This document shows, one piece after another, positions 11,024 to 20,439 of a stretch of DNA of 54,395 nucleotides. Under the pieces are notes generated by a model, which worked only from the letters and a program-made list of their open reading frames with translations, made no database searches and was not told the origin of the DNA. Numbering within the stretch: position 1 is the stretch's first letter; each line of letters begins with the position of its first letter. Made by a program: the position numbers and the translations under genes. The stretch is from Candidatus Gottesmanbacteria bacterium RIFCSPLOWO2_01_FULL_42_22. Its GTDB lineage: Bacteria > Patescibacteriota > Microgenomatia > 2-02-FULL-39-11. The DNA is taken from NCBI GenBank assembly GCA_001779315.1, contig MFJU01000025.1, forward strand, positions 1-54,395, in the 5' to 3' direction.

Positions 11024-14000
11024 GCACCTCTTGCCAATCTATACTCAGTTTCTGTTAATTTTTATCCCGCTTTATCCTAAATTACCGCTCTTTGATGTTT
11101 TGCCGGGCTATATTGTTCGGGTACGGCTGGAGGATTTTTTAATTGCCGGAGCGGTTTTAATCTGGCTATTTCAGCTTCTGCGGGGACGGGTAAAACTTTC
11201 CGCTAATCCGCTGGTCAAATGGATGGCTGTTTATCTTCTGGCCGGTATCATGTCGGTAATTTCCGCTTTATTTATCGCTAAAAGCGTGCCTCTGGAAAAT
11301 ATCCATATTGCTAAAGTTTTGTTTCATTTCGGCAGAAGGATAGAGTATTTTTCCCTGTTTTTCATTTTTTTTTCTTCAGTCAAAAGCATGCGGGAAGTAC
11401 TGCGCTATTTTTATATATTGGCAGCCGTTGTTTTGGCTGTTGCCCTTTACGGCTTCGGACAAAAATATCTCTACTGGCCGGCGTTTTCCACCATGAACAG
11501 GGAGTTTGCCAAAGGCTGGATGCTATATCTGACCGAACATGCCAGAGTACTATCTACCTTCGGCGGCCATTATGACCTGGCAGCTTTTGTCATGATGGCC
11601 CTGGTCCTTCTCTGGAGTCTGTTTTTTTCCGTAAAAAAACTGTTTTTCAAAGTGGCGGTTTTTCTGATTCTGTCTGCGGCATTCTGGACTTTAATACTGA
11701 CAGCTTCCAGAACTTCCTTTTTGGCATATTTAGCAGGACTTTTTTTAATGTTTGCCTTTTGGTCTTTCAGGAAGGGGATTACTTGGTCGTTAAAACGCTA
11801 CATGGCCGTGACAGTGCTGTCGATTGTTGTCATGCTTTCTTTCGGCGACCTGTCCGAGCGGTTTACCAAATTTCTCAAACTTGATCAACGCCTTTCGGGA
11901 ATTAAATCGCTCTTGATGTTGCCGATCGGCAAACCGCCTTCTGACAAGGCCTATTTTTTGGAAAACCGGGAGTCGGTTTTAAACAGAATCACCTCCAAAA
12001 GCGACCAACCCCCCTCCCTGGGTCGGCCCAGTGATGTAACCGAGGATATTCCCATATCTGTTAAAGGGAAAGATGGCAGATATACCCAAGTACCAAGGAC
12101 ATACTCCAAAACAGCTTTTGTCTATGATTTGTCAACCGCCATCCGTATTGATGCCCTGTGGCCGCGGGCCATCGCCGGTTTTAAAAAGAACCTCTTGTTC
12201 GGCAGCGGCTATTCCACTTTAAATAAAATCCAGATCAATGAGTTTACCGAGGCAGAATCAACGGACAATGATTACCTCAGGGCACTCGGGGAGACCGGCC
12301 TTTTCGGTTTTATAACTTTTTACGGGATGCTGTTATTTATGCTGTATTATGTTTGGCGCCATTTGGTTGTTATCCGTGAACCGCTTTTTTTTGCCGTCTC
12401 AGCAGGCTTTGTAGGTTTAATCTTCGGTCTGATGGTTAACGCGGTTTACATTGATGTTTTTGAGTCATCGAAAGTCGCCCAATCTTTTTGGGCATTAAGC
12501 GGTCTTGTCTTGGCAGGTGTCAGCCTTGCTAAGGGGAAAAATAGACACCTGCCGTGGCCTTCTATTCCTGATACCAGAATTTTTTTCTCCGGTATTAAAA
12601 TTAGGTTTTTCTCATTTTTAAGAAGCGATTTTTTTTACCTTTCCCTGATTGTCTTTTTGGCATTTTCATTGAGGGTTTATAAAATAGGCGAACCTCTGGC
12701 AGACTGGCATTCCTGGCGGCAGGCTGATACATCAGCAGTCACCCGCAATTTCGTCAAAAACGGTGTCAATCTACTCTTTCCCGTTTATGACGATCTGTCC
12801 AATATCGCTTCCGGACGCGATAATCCGAAAGGCTACCGCTTTGTGGAGTTTCCACTTTACAATTTTGCCGCCGTCGCGATCGATCGACTGGTTGTCGGTT
12901 ATCATCTGGAACTGAAGGAAAGGCTGACTTCCGTTTTTGCTTCCCTGGCAGCTCTGATTTTTATCTTTCTGACGGTCAGAAAATACAACGGACGCCGCAT
13001 TGCCTATTTTTCCGCTTTTTTCTTTGCCGTACTCCCTTATAATGTTTTTTTCAGCAGGACAGTACTGCCTGAACCGTTTTTGGTTTTTACCTCAACGGCT
13101 ATGCTTTATTTTCTGGACAAGGCTTTTGAATTCAGGTCTTTTAAAAGGATCTTATTACTGGCAATTTCCCTTTTATTTGCCGCCGCGGCCGTCCTGGTAA
13201 AGCCTTTTGCGGTTTTTTTGTTTCTGCCGTTGACTTATCTCTGGTTTAAAAATCTGAAAATAAAATGGTCTTCGATTGTTCTTTTTTTGCTTTTTCTGGC
13301 AATTGCCATATCTCCCTATCTTGCCTGGAGGGTCTGGTCGAGTAATTTTCCCGAAGGCATTCCCGCCAATTCCTGGTTATTAAACGGCGACGGTATCAGG
13401 TTTAAAGGAGCTTTTTTCCAATGGCTGTTTGCCGAACGTCTGGGAAAACTGATTCTGGGTTTTTACGGATTGCCTTTATTGATTCTGGGTATTCTGGCAA
13501 AACGGTCCGGTGAAGGTTTCTTCTATTATCTTTGGGGACTGGCTATACTTTTATATGTAACTGTTTTTGCCACCGGTAATGTCAGACACGATTATTACCA
13601 AATATTAACCGTGCCCATAATAGCTATTTTTCTTGCTAAAGGAAGCGACTATTTACTGCAATTGGGCAGACAAACAGGCAGGCTAAAAGCAGCTGGGTTA
13701 TTATCGGTATTAATTTTATTTATGCTGATGTTTTCCTGGTATCATATCCGGGATTTTTACAATATTAACCATCCGGAAATTGTCGAAGCCGGCAGGAAGG
13801 TCGATACACTTACTCCTCCCAATTCTCTGGTGATTGCCCCCTATAACGGCGATACGGCATTTCTTTACCAGACCCATCGCGCCGGTTGGCCGGTCATGCA
13901 AAAAACGCTTCCGGAGATGATTAAAATGGGAGCCCATTATTATGTCAGCGTTAATTATGATCAATTGACCAACGAACTGATTCAGGATGCTCTCCAAAAA

Positions 14001-14090
14001 GATGAAAGTAAAAGGAATTATAAACTGGTCGCCAGGACGGATAAGTACGCCATAATCCAACTTGTTGCCGATAATAAACTTCCCAAATAA
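10995..14090 (+). CDS. Fusion of an O-antigen ligase/Wzy_C-family domain (N-terminal) and a GT-C ArnT/PMT-like domain (C-terminal)
   Basis: N-half: RVLSTFGGHYDLA, LTASRTS, FGSGYS, DNDYLRALGETGLFG. C-half: WHSWRQADT, VEFPLY, SRTVLPEP, LVKP, HDYY. One ORF of about 1030 aa; ATG 10995 preferred, GTG 10971 possible. Confidence 0.75.
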   Translation: MYKLTGWLDEHLLPIYTQFLLIFIPLYPKLPLFDVLPGYIVRVRLEDFLIAGAVLIWLFQLLRGRVKLSANPLVKWMAVYLLAGIMSVISALFIAKSVPLENIHIAKVLFHFGRRIEYFSLFFIFFSSVKSMREVLRYFYILAAVVLAVALYGFGQKYLYWPAFSTMNREFAKGWMLYLTEHARVLSTFGGHYDLAAFVMMALVLLWSLFFSVKKLFFKVAVFLILSAAFWTLILTASRTSFLAYLAGLFLMFAFWSFRKGITWSLKRYMAVTVLSIVVMLSFGDLSERFTKFLKLDQRLSGIKSLLMLPIGKPPSDKAYFLENRESVLNRITSKSDQPPSLGRPSDVTEDIPISVKGKDGRYTQVPRTYSKTAFVYDLSTAIRIDALWPRAIAGFKKNLLFGSGYSTLNKIQINEFTEAESTDNDYLRALGETGLFGFITFYGMLLFMLYYVWRHLVVIREPLFFAVSAGFVGLIFGLMVNAVYIDVFESSKVAQSFWALSGLVLAGVSLAKGKNRHLPWPSIPDTRIFFSGIKIRFFSFLRSDFFYLSLIVFLAFSLRVYKIGEPLADWHSWRQADTSAVTRNFVKNGVNLLFPVYDDLSNIASGRDNPKGYRFVEFPLYNFAAVAIDRLVVGYHLELKERLTSVFASLAALIFIFLTVRKYNGRRIAYFSAFFFAVLPYNVFFSRTVLPEPFLVFTSTAMLYFLDKAFEFRSFKRILLLAISLLFAAAAVLVKPFAVFLFLPLTYLWFKNLKIKWSSIVLFLLFLAIAISPYLAWRVWSSNFPEGIPANSWLLNGDGIRFKGAFFQWLFAERLGKLILGFYGLPLLILGILAKRSGEGFFYYLWGLAILLYVTVFATGNVRHDYYQILTVPIIAIFLAKGSDYLLQLGRQTGRLKAAGLLSVLILFMLMFSWYHIRDFYNINHPEIVEAGRKVDTLTPPNSLVIAPYNGDTAFLYQTHRAGWPVMQKTLPEMIKMGAHYYVSVNYDQLTNELIQDALQKDESKRNYKLVARTDKYAIIQLVADNKLPK

Positions 14091-14099
14091 ACATCAAAG

Positions 14100-15290
14100 A
14101 TGAACATTCTCATGCTGACTCCTTACCTCCCCTTTCCTTTATGGTCAGGAGGACAGATAAGGACGTTTAACCTTTTGAAGCATTTAAGCAAAAAGCATGA
14201 TATCACTCTTTATTCTTTTATCCGGGAAGAGAGGGAAAAAGATTACGTAGCTATCCTGAACAAATTCTGTTCCGAAGTCCGGGTGTTTATTAAACGTCCG
14301 CCGTGGTCGGCAACCAGCCTGGCCTTGGCGGGGATTACTTATTATCCTTTGGTCGTCTGCATGTATTTAAACCGTGAAGTTAAAAACTCCATCACTGAAG
14401 CGATCAGCAGAAAAAAATTTGACCTTATTCACGCGGAAACTTTTTATATCATGCCGAATATTCCCCAAAACAATATTCCCATTATTCTGGCTGAACAGAC
14501 TATTGAATACTTGGTTTACCGGCACCATACCAAAAAAGTTAATTTTCTACCGATGAAACTTCTCATGGAACTGGATGTGGCCAAGATTAATTTTTGGGAA
14601 AAAAGGTTCTGGAAAAGGGCCAAAAGAGTCATTGCCATGTCCGATAGCGATATGGATACAATGCAGAGAAGAGATTCCGATCTTAAAGTCGATTTGGTGC
14701 CAAACGGTGTGGATACGGAATTTTTTTCCCTTAAACTCCCTCGGAAAAAACAACCGGGCAGAGTCAAAACAATTCTTTTTGTGGGAAATTTCAAATGGCT
14801 GCAGAACCGGGAGGCGGTAAACTATCTGGTAAGGCAAGTTTGGCCAAAAATTAAAGCGGAACTTCCCGGTTCGGTCAGATTACTGATTGTCGGCCGGCAC
14901 CCTCCTGCCGAAATAAACAGGCTGAAATCAGAGGATATTACAATTGACAGTGAGGTGGAAGATATCCGGACGGCTTATCGGATATCAGATGTATTACTGG
15001 CCCCTATTTACGGACCGGGAGGGACCCGTTATAAAATTCTTGAATCCATGGCCACCGGTCTTCCGGTGGTGACTACCGCGACCGGAATTGAAGGCTTGTC
15101 AGCGCAAAATAACCGCGATGCCCTGATTGCTGATAGTCCCCATCATTTGGCGCAAGCGACCATAAAACTTCTGACGGATGAAAAACTATACCGGAAATTA
15201 ACTGAAAACGGCAGGAAGCTGGTCGAAAATAATTTCAGCTGGCAGGAAATCTCCGCCAGACTGGACAGGATTTATAAGCTCGCAGTTTAA
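14100..15290 (+). CDS. Glycosyltransferase family 4 (GT-B)
   Basis: PLWSGGQIR, VPNGVD, GGTRYKILESMATGLPVV. Confidence 0.9.
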   Translation: MNILMLTPYLPFPLWSGGQIRTFNLLKHLSKKHDITLYSFIREEREKDYVAILNKFCSEVRVFIKRPPWSATSLALAGITYYPLVVCMYLNREVKNSITEAISRKKFDLIHAETFYIMPNIPQNNIPIILAEQTIEYLVYRHHTKKVNFLPMKLLMELDVAKINFWEKRFWKRAKRVIAMSDSDMDTMQRRDSDLKVDLVPNGVDTEFFSLKLPRKKQPGRVKTILFVGNFKWLQNREAVNYLVRQVWPKIKAELPGSVRLLIVGRHPPAEINRLKSEDITIDSEVEDIRTAYRISDVLLAPIYGPGGTRYKILESMATGLPVVTTATGIEGLSAQNNRDALIADSPHHLAQATIKLLTDEKLYRKLTENGRKLVENNFSWQEISARLDRIYKLAV

Positions 15291-15292
15291 AA

Positions 15293-16195
15293 ATGATTCT
15301 AAAGCTTTCAATTATCATCGTCAATTTCAATAGCGAAAAGTTTTTGCTTGAATGTTTAAAATCAATAGAAAAAAGCAGTCTGCCTATGGATAATTTTGAG
15401 GTCATTGTCATCGATAATGCCTCAAACGATAATTCCATGATTTCCGTCCCTCAAAAATTCCCCGCAGTTAAATTCATAAAACTGGAACATAACATTGGTT
15501 TTGCCCGAGCCAATAATCTGGCTATAAAAAAAGCGCGGGGAGAATATATTCTGATACTCAATCCCGACACGGTCATACCATCCGCAACTTTCAAAACCAT
15601 ACTCAAATTTTTGGATAAAAATCCCCAAACGGCTGTGGTGACCGCCCGTTTAAATCTGGCTGACGGCACTCTTGATGATGCCTGCCACCGTGGTTTTCCC
15701 ACCCCCTGGAATGCTTTTTGTTACTTTTCAGGTTTTGCCTCGCTTTTCCCCAATTCCAGGATTTTCAACGGCTACCATTTAGGTTTTACCGATCTTAATA
15801 AAGTACATGAGATTGACAGTTGTGTGGGCGCTTTCATGATGGTCAGGAAATCAGCAGGGACTGCCTGCGGCTGGTTTGACGAGTCGTATTTCTGGTACGG
15901 TGAGGATCTGGATTTCTGCTACCGGGTAAAAAAAATGGGCTGGCAGATAATTTACCTTCCCCAAGCATCAATCACCCATTACAAAGGCGTTTCTTCGGGT
16001 TTGAAAAAACACAGCCTCCATCTGTCTTCTGCCGACCTTGAAACAAAAATAAGAGCTACCCGGGCACGTTTCGAAGTCATGAGAATTTTTTATCATAAAC
16101 ACTACCAAAAGGGTTTTTATAAACTTTTAACACCTTTGATTTTCAGCGGAATCAAGATTAAAGAATGGTTATCAGAAAGAGAGTATAGGGATTAA
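15293..16195 (+). CDS. Glycosyltransferase family 2 (WbbL-like)
   Basis: IIIVNFN, IDNASND, GFARANN, LNPD, GAFMM, FDESYFWYGEDLD. Confidence 0.9.
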   Translation: MILKLSIIIVNFNSEKFLLECLKSIEKSSLPMDNFEVIVIDNASNDNSMISVPQKFPAVKFIKLEHNIGFARANNLAIKKARGEYILILNPDTVIPSATFKTILKFLDKNPQTAVVTARLNLADGTLDDACHRGFPTPWNAFCYFSGFASLFPNSRIFNGYHLGFTDLNKVHEIDSCVGAFMMVRKSAGTACGWFDESYFWYGEDLDFCYRVKKMGWQIIYLPQASITHYKGVSSGLKKHSLHLSSADLETKIRATRARFEVMRIFYHKHYQKGFYKLLTPLIFSGIKIKEWLSEREYRD

Positions 16196-16198
16196 TCT

Positions 16199-17317
16199 AT
16201 GCGTATCGGCATTGATGCCAGGCTTTTAAGCCAAACCGGTGTCGGCAGGTATATCAGGAATCTCTTGTCTTCCCTGGCTGAAATTGACCGGCAGGACGAA
16301 TTTTATATATTCCTGAGAAAAAGGGATGCCGCTAATCTTCCGGAACTGCCTGCCTCTTTCAAAACAGTTTATACGGAAATTCCCTGGCATACTTTTGAGG
16401 AACAGCTGCGGCTTCCCGTCATTCTTTTCCGCTACCGCCTGGATGCGGTTCATTTTCCTTATTTCAGCATACCCGTTTTCTATCCTGGCCGATTTATTAT
16501 GACTGTTCACGATCTGATTGTCGACCATTTTGATACCGGTAAGGCCAGCCGCTGGCCGCTTCCCCTTTACCGCCTTAAAAGATGGGGATATCATCTTTTA
16601 ATGAAAGTTGCGGTTGCCCGGGCAAAAAAGATTTTAGCTATTTCAGAAAGTACTGCCAGGGAAATAAACCAGCATTATCCGAATTCGCAGGGTAAAACCG
16701 TTATTACCTATGACGCCTTGGATTTAAATTTTCAAAGAAAGGCAAAAATGGGTGGAATCCGACGACCCAAAGAATTTACCGATTTAAAATACCTGCTTTA
16801 TGTCGGCAATGCCTATCCCCATAAAAATTTAGACAGCCTCATCAGTATCTATTCTGAAATTTACCGCAGGGATCGGGTTAAACTGGTTCTGGTGGGGGAT
16901 GATGATTATTTCTATCCTCAACTGAAAAGTAAAGTGCGCAACCTGAATTTGCAAAACTGTATTCTGTTTTACGGACAAGCCAAAGATAAAGAATTGGCCG
17001 GTCTTTACCGCTTCTCAGAAGGTTTGATCAATCCGTCTTTAATGGAAGGTTTCGGATTGCCCCTTTTGGAAGCGGTCAGTGCGGGCTGTCTGCCTGTTGT
17101 TTCCGATATTGCCTCCTTCCGGGAAATTTGGGGAGATTCCTTGATCTATTTTGACCCGGAAAACCGGCAATCCATACAGGAAGCCATTATCAGGCTGCTC
17201 ACCTTATCGGCGGCGGAAAAAACAAAAAGGCTTAAAGTAGCCCAAAACCACGCCGGAAAGTATTCCTGGAAAAAGACAGCGCAAACCACTCTCTGGCAAT
17301 ACCGCCATATAAAATGA
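16199..17317 (+). CDS. Glycosyltransferase family 4 (GT-B)
   Basis: MRIGIDAR, TVHDL, VGNAYPHKN, PSLMEGFGLPLLEA. Confidence 0.92.
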   Translation: MRIGIDARLLSQTGVGRYIRNLLSSLAEIDRQDEFYIFLRKRDAANLPELPASFKTVYTEIPWHTFEEQLRLPVILFRYRLDAVHFPYFSIPVFYPGRFIMTVHDLIVDHFDTGKASRWPLPLYRLKRWGYHLLMKVAVARAKKILAISESTAREINQHYPNSQGKTVITYDALDLNFQRKAKMGGIRRPKEFTDLKYLLYVGNAYPHKNLDSLISIYSEIYRRDRVKLVLVGDDDYFYPQLKSKVRNLNLQNCILFYGQAKDKELAGLYRFSEGLINPSLMEGFGLPLLEAVSAGCLPVVSDIASFREIWGDSLIYFDPENRQSIQEAIIRLLTLSAAEKTKRLKVAQNHAGKYSWKKTAQTTLWQYRHIK

Positions 17318-17357
17318 TAAAATAGGTAATCTTTAGGGGATAAATTCAATTTTAATC

Positions 17358-17561
17358 ATGGTTTTATTTTATTTCATCATTATCATTTTTCTTTTTCCGC
17401 AACAGGCGCATGCATATATAGATCCGGGAACCGGCAGTTATATTTTTCAAACCATAATAGCGGTTTTTCTGGGACTGTCGCTTTCATTTAAATTTATATT
17501 GAAATTCGCCAAAAATATCCTCCACCGTCTTGTTTCTTCCGTAAGTCACAAGAAAAAATGA
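17358..17561 (+). CDS. Small membrane protein with YIDPGTGS motif (67 aa)
   Basis: Signal-peptide-like N-terminus ending AHA, then YIDPGTGS, a hydrophobic helix and a basic tail; stop overlaps the next ATG (ATGA). Confidence 0.75.
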   Translation: MVLFYFIIIIFLFPQQAHAYIDPGTGSYIFQTIIAVFLGLSLSFKFILKFAKNILHRLVSSVSHKKK

Positions 17562-18940
17562 ATAATTTGCAGGTAATCCCTTCATCCTTCCGGGATATAA
17601 GCGGGCAGGTTTTCCAATATGAAGGCCAAATCGTCAGAACCGTTGATGTCATTTACAGGCAGGATTATGATCTCCTAATGTCATCAGGCCTCTACCGGGA
17701 ATTGGCAAGCCAAGGCTATTTAGTCGAACATCAGGAAAACGATCAACTGAGAAAGAATTTTCCCTCCGCTAATATCTATAAAGTTCTCAAACCTAAAGTA
17801 ATTTCATATATAAGCTATCCTTATGAGTGGTGTTTTTCCGCTCTTAAAGAAGCTGCCCTTTTGACTTTGGACATCCAAAAGACGGCTATAAGATACGGGA
17901 TGACGCTTAAGGATGCCAGCGCTTATAATATCCAATTTTCTGGAGTAGCGCCTGTTTTTATCGATACTTTATCTTTCCGGCGACTTGGCAAAAATCAGCC
18001 GTGGGTGGCTTACCGGCAGTTCTGCCAGCATTTTTTGCTGCCGCTGTCTCTTATGGCTTACCGTGATTTGCGCCTGAATTTTCTACTCAAAAACCATCTT
18101 GACGGTATTCCCCTGGATCTGGGGGTCAAGTTACTGCCTCTTAAAGCAACTTTTAATTTCCATTTATTTATCAATCTTCACCTACAGCGGTTTTTCGGGA
18201 AAATGGTGCGATCTGAAGTAAACGGAAAAGAAAAAGCTGCTGTTGGCAAAGCAGGACTCGAAGGCATTATTGACAGCCTGATTAATGCCGTTTCTTCCTT
18301 AAAGTTGTCTGAAAATAAAAGCACTTGGAGCAATTATTATGAAATGAAAGAGATGAACGATTACAGTCTGGAAAAAGGAGAGCTGGTCAATCAATGGCTG
18401 GCATTGATTAAACCTCAAGCAGTGATTGATTTAGGAGGCAATGTCGGAACATATTCCAGATTGGCCGCTAAAAGAGCCAAGTCAGTCGTCTCAACTGATT
18501 TTGATTGTCTATCTGTTGAGAGAAACTATCAAATCTGCCGTAAAGAGAGAATTTTTAATATTCTGCCTCTGATTATTGATCTGGTTAATCCCAGTCCGGG
18601 CATTGGCTGGAGAAATCAGGAACGTCTGCCTTTTGAAAGCAGGTTTCGGGGGGATACTCTCATGGCTCTAGCTTTGATACATCATTTATATTTTTCCAAT
18701 AATTTGCCATTTGATTATCTGGCTGATTTTTTTGCTTCATCCGCGAAATACCTCCTTATAGAATTTATTGACAGGGATGATGAACAGGTTAAATTGCTCA
18801 TGCAAAGAAGAGATGATGATCATTCAGCCTATACAAAGAAAAATTTTGAAAAAGCCTTCTTACCTAAATTCCGCCTGATAAAATCCCGGAATTTAAAGTC
18901 AAAGAACCGCAGTCTCTATTTATGGGAGAGAATTAAATGA
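17558..18940 (+). CDS. NoeA-like protein: kinase-like N-terminal domain plus C-terminal SAM methyltransferase
   Basis: SFRD, SYPYEW, LKDASAYNIQF, FIDTLSF, YRQFCQHF; then IDLGGNVG and LALIHHL. Confidence 0.75.
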   Translation: MNNLQVIPSSFRDISGQVFQYEGQIVRTVDVIYRQDYDLLMSSGLYRELASQGYLVEHQENDQLRKNFPSANIYKVLKPKVISYISYPYEWCFSALKEAALLTLDIQKTAIRYGMTLKDASAYNIQFSGVAPVFIDTLSFRRLGKNQPWVAYRQFCQHFLLPLSLMAYRDLRLNFLLKNHLDGIPLDLGVKLLPLKATFNFHLFINLHLQRFFGKMVRSEVNGKEKAAVGKAGLEGIIDSLINAVSSLKLSENKSTWSNYYEMKEMNDYSLEKGELVNQWLALIKPQAVIDLGGNVGTYSRLAAKRAKSVVSTDFDCLSVERNYQICRKERIFNILPLIIDLVNPSPGIGWRNQERLPFESRFRGDTLMALALIHHLYFSNNLPFDYLADFFASSAKYLLIEFIDRDDEQVKLLMQRRDDDHSAYTKKNFEKAFLPKFRLIKSRNLKSKNRSLYLWERIK

Positions 18941-20439
18941 AGTTACTCCGCTTTCCGTTGATCCATCCTCTTTTAATGTCTGTCTATCCGGTCGTCGCCC
19001 TGTACTCCTCCAATCTTTACCAGGTTTTGTTTAGCGAAACATATTTGCCTTTTTTCTTCTCCTTTGTATTGGGATTGATTATCTTCCTCACCGTTTTGAT
19101 AATCTCAAGAAACCTTGCCAAAGCCGCTTTGTTTACGACTGTAATCCATTATCTTTTTTTTACTTTTGGACATTTGGAAAAAATAATCCCGATACCCTTA
19201 CTTATTTATGTGTTTTACTTGGGTTTACTCATAATTTTGGGAAGACAAATAAAACGTCTTAAAGATTTTGGACAAACTACTGTGGCAGCTAACCTGATTA
19301 CTTTACTTTTAATTAGCATACCGCTTTTCAATATTCTCAATTACCAGCTGAGGGTCAAAGACAGCGTAACTTTTGGGACTCAACAGCAAAAAATTAAATC
19401 GGTTGAAACTTCAGTCATCCCTTTACCGGATATATATTTTATTATTTTTGACCGGTATGCTTCCTCAAGCGTTCTTAAAAAAAATTTCGCTTTCGACAAC
19501 AGTGGATTTATTGACAAACTTAAGGAAAAAAACTTTTATATAGCGGAAAAAGCCTGGGCGAATTATTCATCGTCAGCACATTCACTTTCAGCCACCCTCA
19601 ATATGACCCATCTTGATTTTTTAAAAGACTTGCATAAAACTGACGACAAAGATTGGTTACCCGTATATGACCTTTTAGAAAATAACCGCGTAGTTCGGGA
19701 ATTTAAAAATTTAGGTTACCAATATTACCATTTCGGTGACTGGTGGTGGCCAACCAGTAAAAACAGACTGGCAGACCAGAATATAAATTTAAATGTTCTT
19801 TCTGAATTTTCCTCAATATTGGTGGACAATTCCATTCTAAAGATGGCAGCGCAAAAATATAAGCTGCCTATTTTGGATTACCGTTTTACGCAATGGAGAA
19901 GAATCCGCTATAAATTTCAAAAATTAAAGGAAATGCCAAAAGTTTCCAAGCCAACCTTTGTTTTTGCCCATATGCTTGTTCCTCATGAGCCCTTTGTCTT
20001 CAAGGCTGACGGCAGTTTCCTCACAATTGAGGAAGACTCTCAAAGAAGCAATGAGGAAAAATATCTCGACCAGATAAAATATCTAAACGGGGAAATCATC
20101 AGCCTGACGGAAAAACTATTAGAAAACAGCAAAAATCCTCCGATTATATTTTTTCAGGCGGATGAAGGGCCTTATCCGCCAAGTTATGAAAATAATAAAA
20201 ACGAGTATGACTGGTCAAAGGCAAAACGGGAAGAAATTTCGAAAAAGATGTCCATATTCAGCGCCGTTTATCTGCCGGATAAGGATTATAGTCATTTAAA
20301 GGAAGATTTTTCCCCGGTCAACAATTTCCGGCTGGTATTAGGTATTTTGAGGGGTGAGGAACCTGATTATTTGCCTGACCGGTACCTATTGACTAATATG
20401 GGTAAACCATATGATTTTTATGAATATGCCCGGAAATAA
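18937..20439 (+). CDS. Membrane-anchored sulfatase/alkaline-phosphatase-superfamily protein (LtaS/NoeB-like)
   Basis: About 5 N-terminal TM segments; PDIYFIIFDRY, NYSSSAHSLSATLNM, FAHMLVPHEPF, QADEGP. Confidence 0.75.
   Translation: MKLLRFPLIHPLLMSVYPVVALYSSNLYQVLFSETYLPFFFSFVLGLIIFLTVLIISRNLAKAALFTTVIHYLFFTFGHLEKIIPIPLLIYVFYLGLLIILGRQIKRLKDFGQTTVAANLITLLLISIPLFNILNYQLRVKDSVTFGTQQQKIKSVETSVIPLPDIYFIIFDRYASSSVLKKNFAFDNSGFIDKLKEKNFYIAEKAWANYSSSAHSLSATLNMTHLDFLKDLHKTDDKDWLPVYDLLENNRVVREFKNLGYQYYHFGDWWWPTSKNRLADQNINLNVLSEFSSILVDNSILKMAAQKYKLPILDYRFTQWRRIRYKFQKLKEMPKVSKPTFVFAHMLVPHEPFVFKADGSFLTIEEDSQRSNEEKYLDQIKYLNGEIISLTEKLLENSKNPPIIFFQADEGPYPPSYENNKNEYDWSKAKREEISKKMSIFSAVYLPDKDYSHLKEDFSPVNNFRLVLGILRGEEPDYLPDRYLLTNMGKPYDFYEYARK

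Noticed and set aside
5570-11375. A9/T9 homopolymers in glycan genes as phase-variation switches
   Set aside because: Similar runs occur in housekeeping genes such as murE, frames are intact, and Lys/Phe codons explain them.
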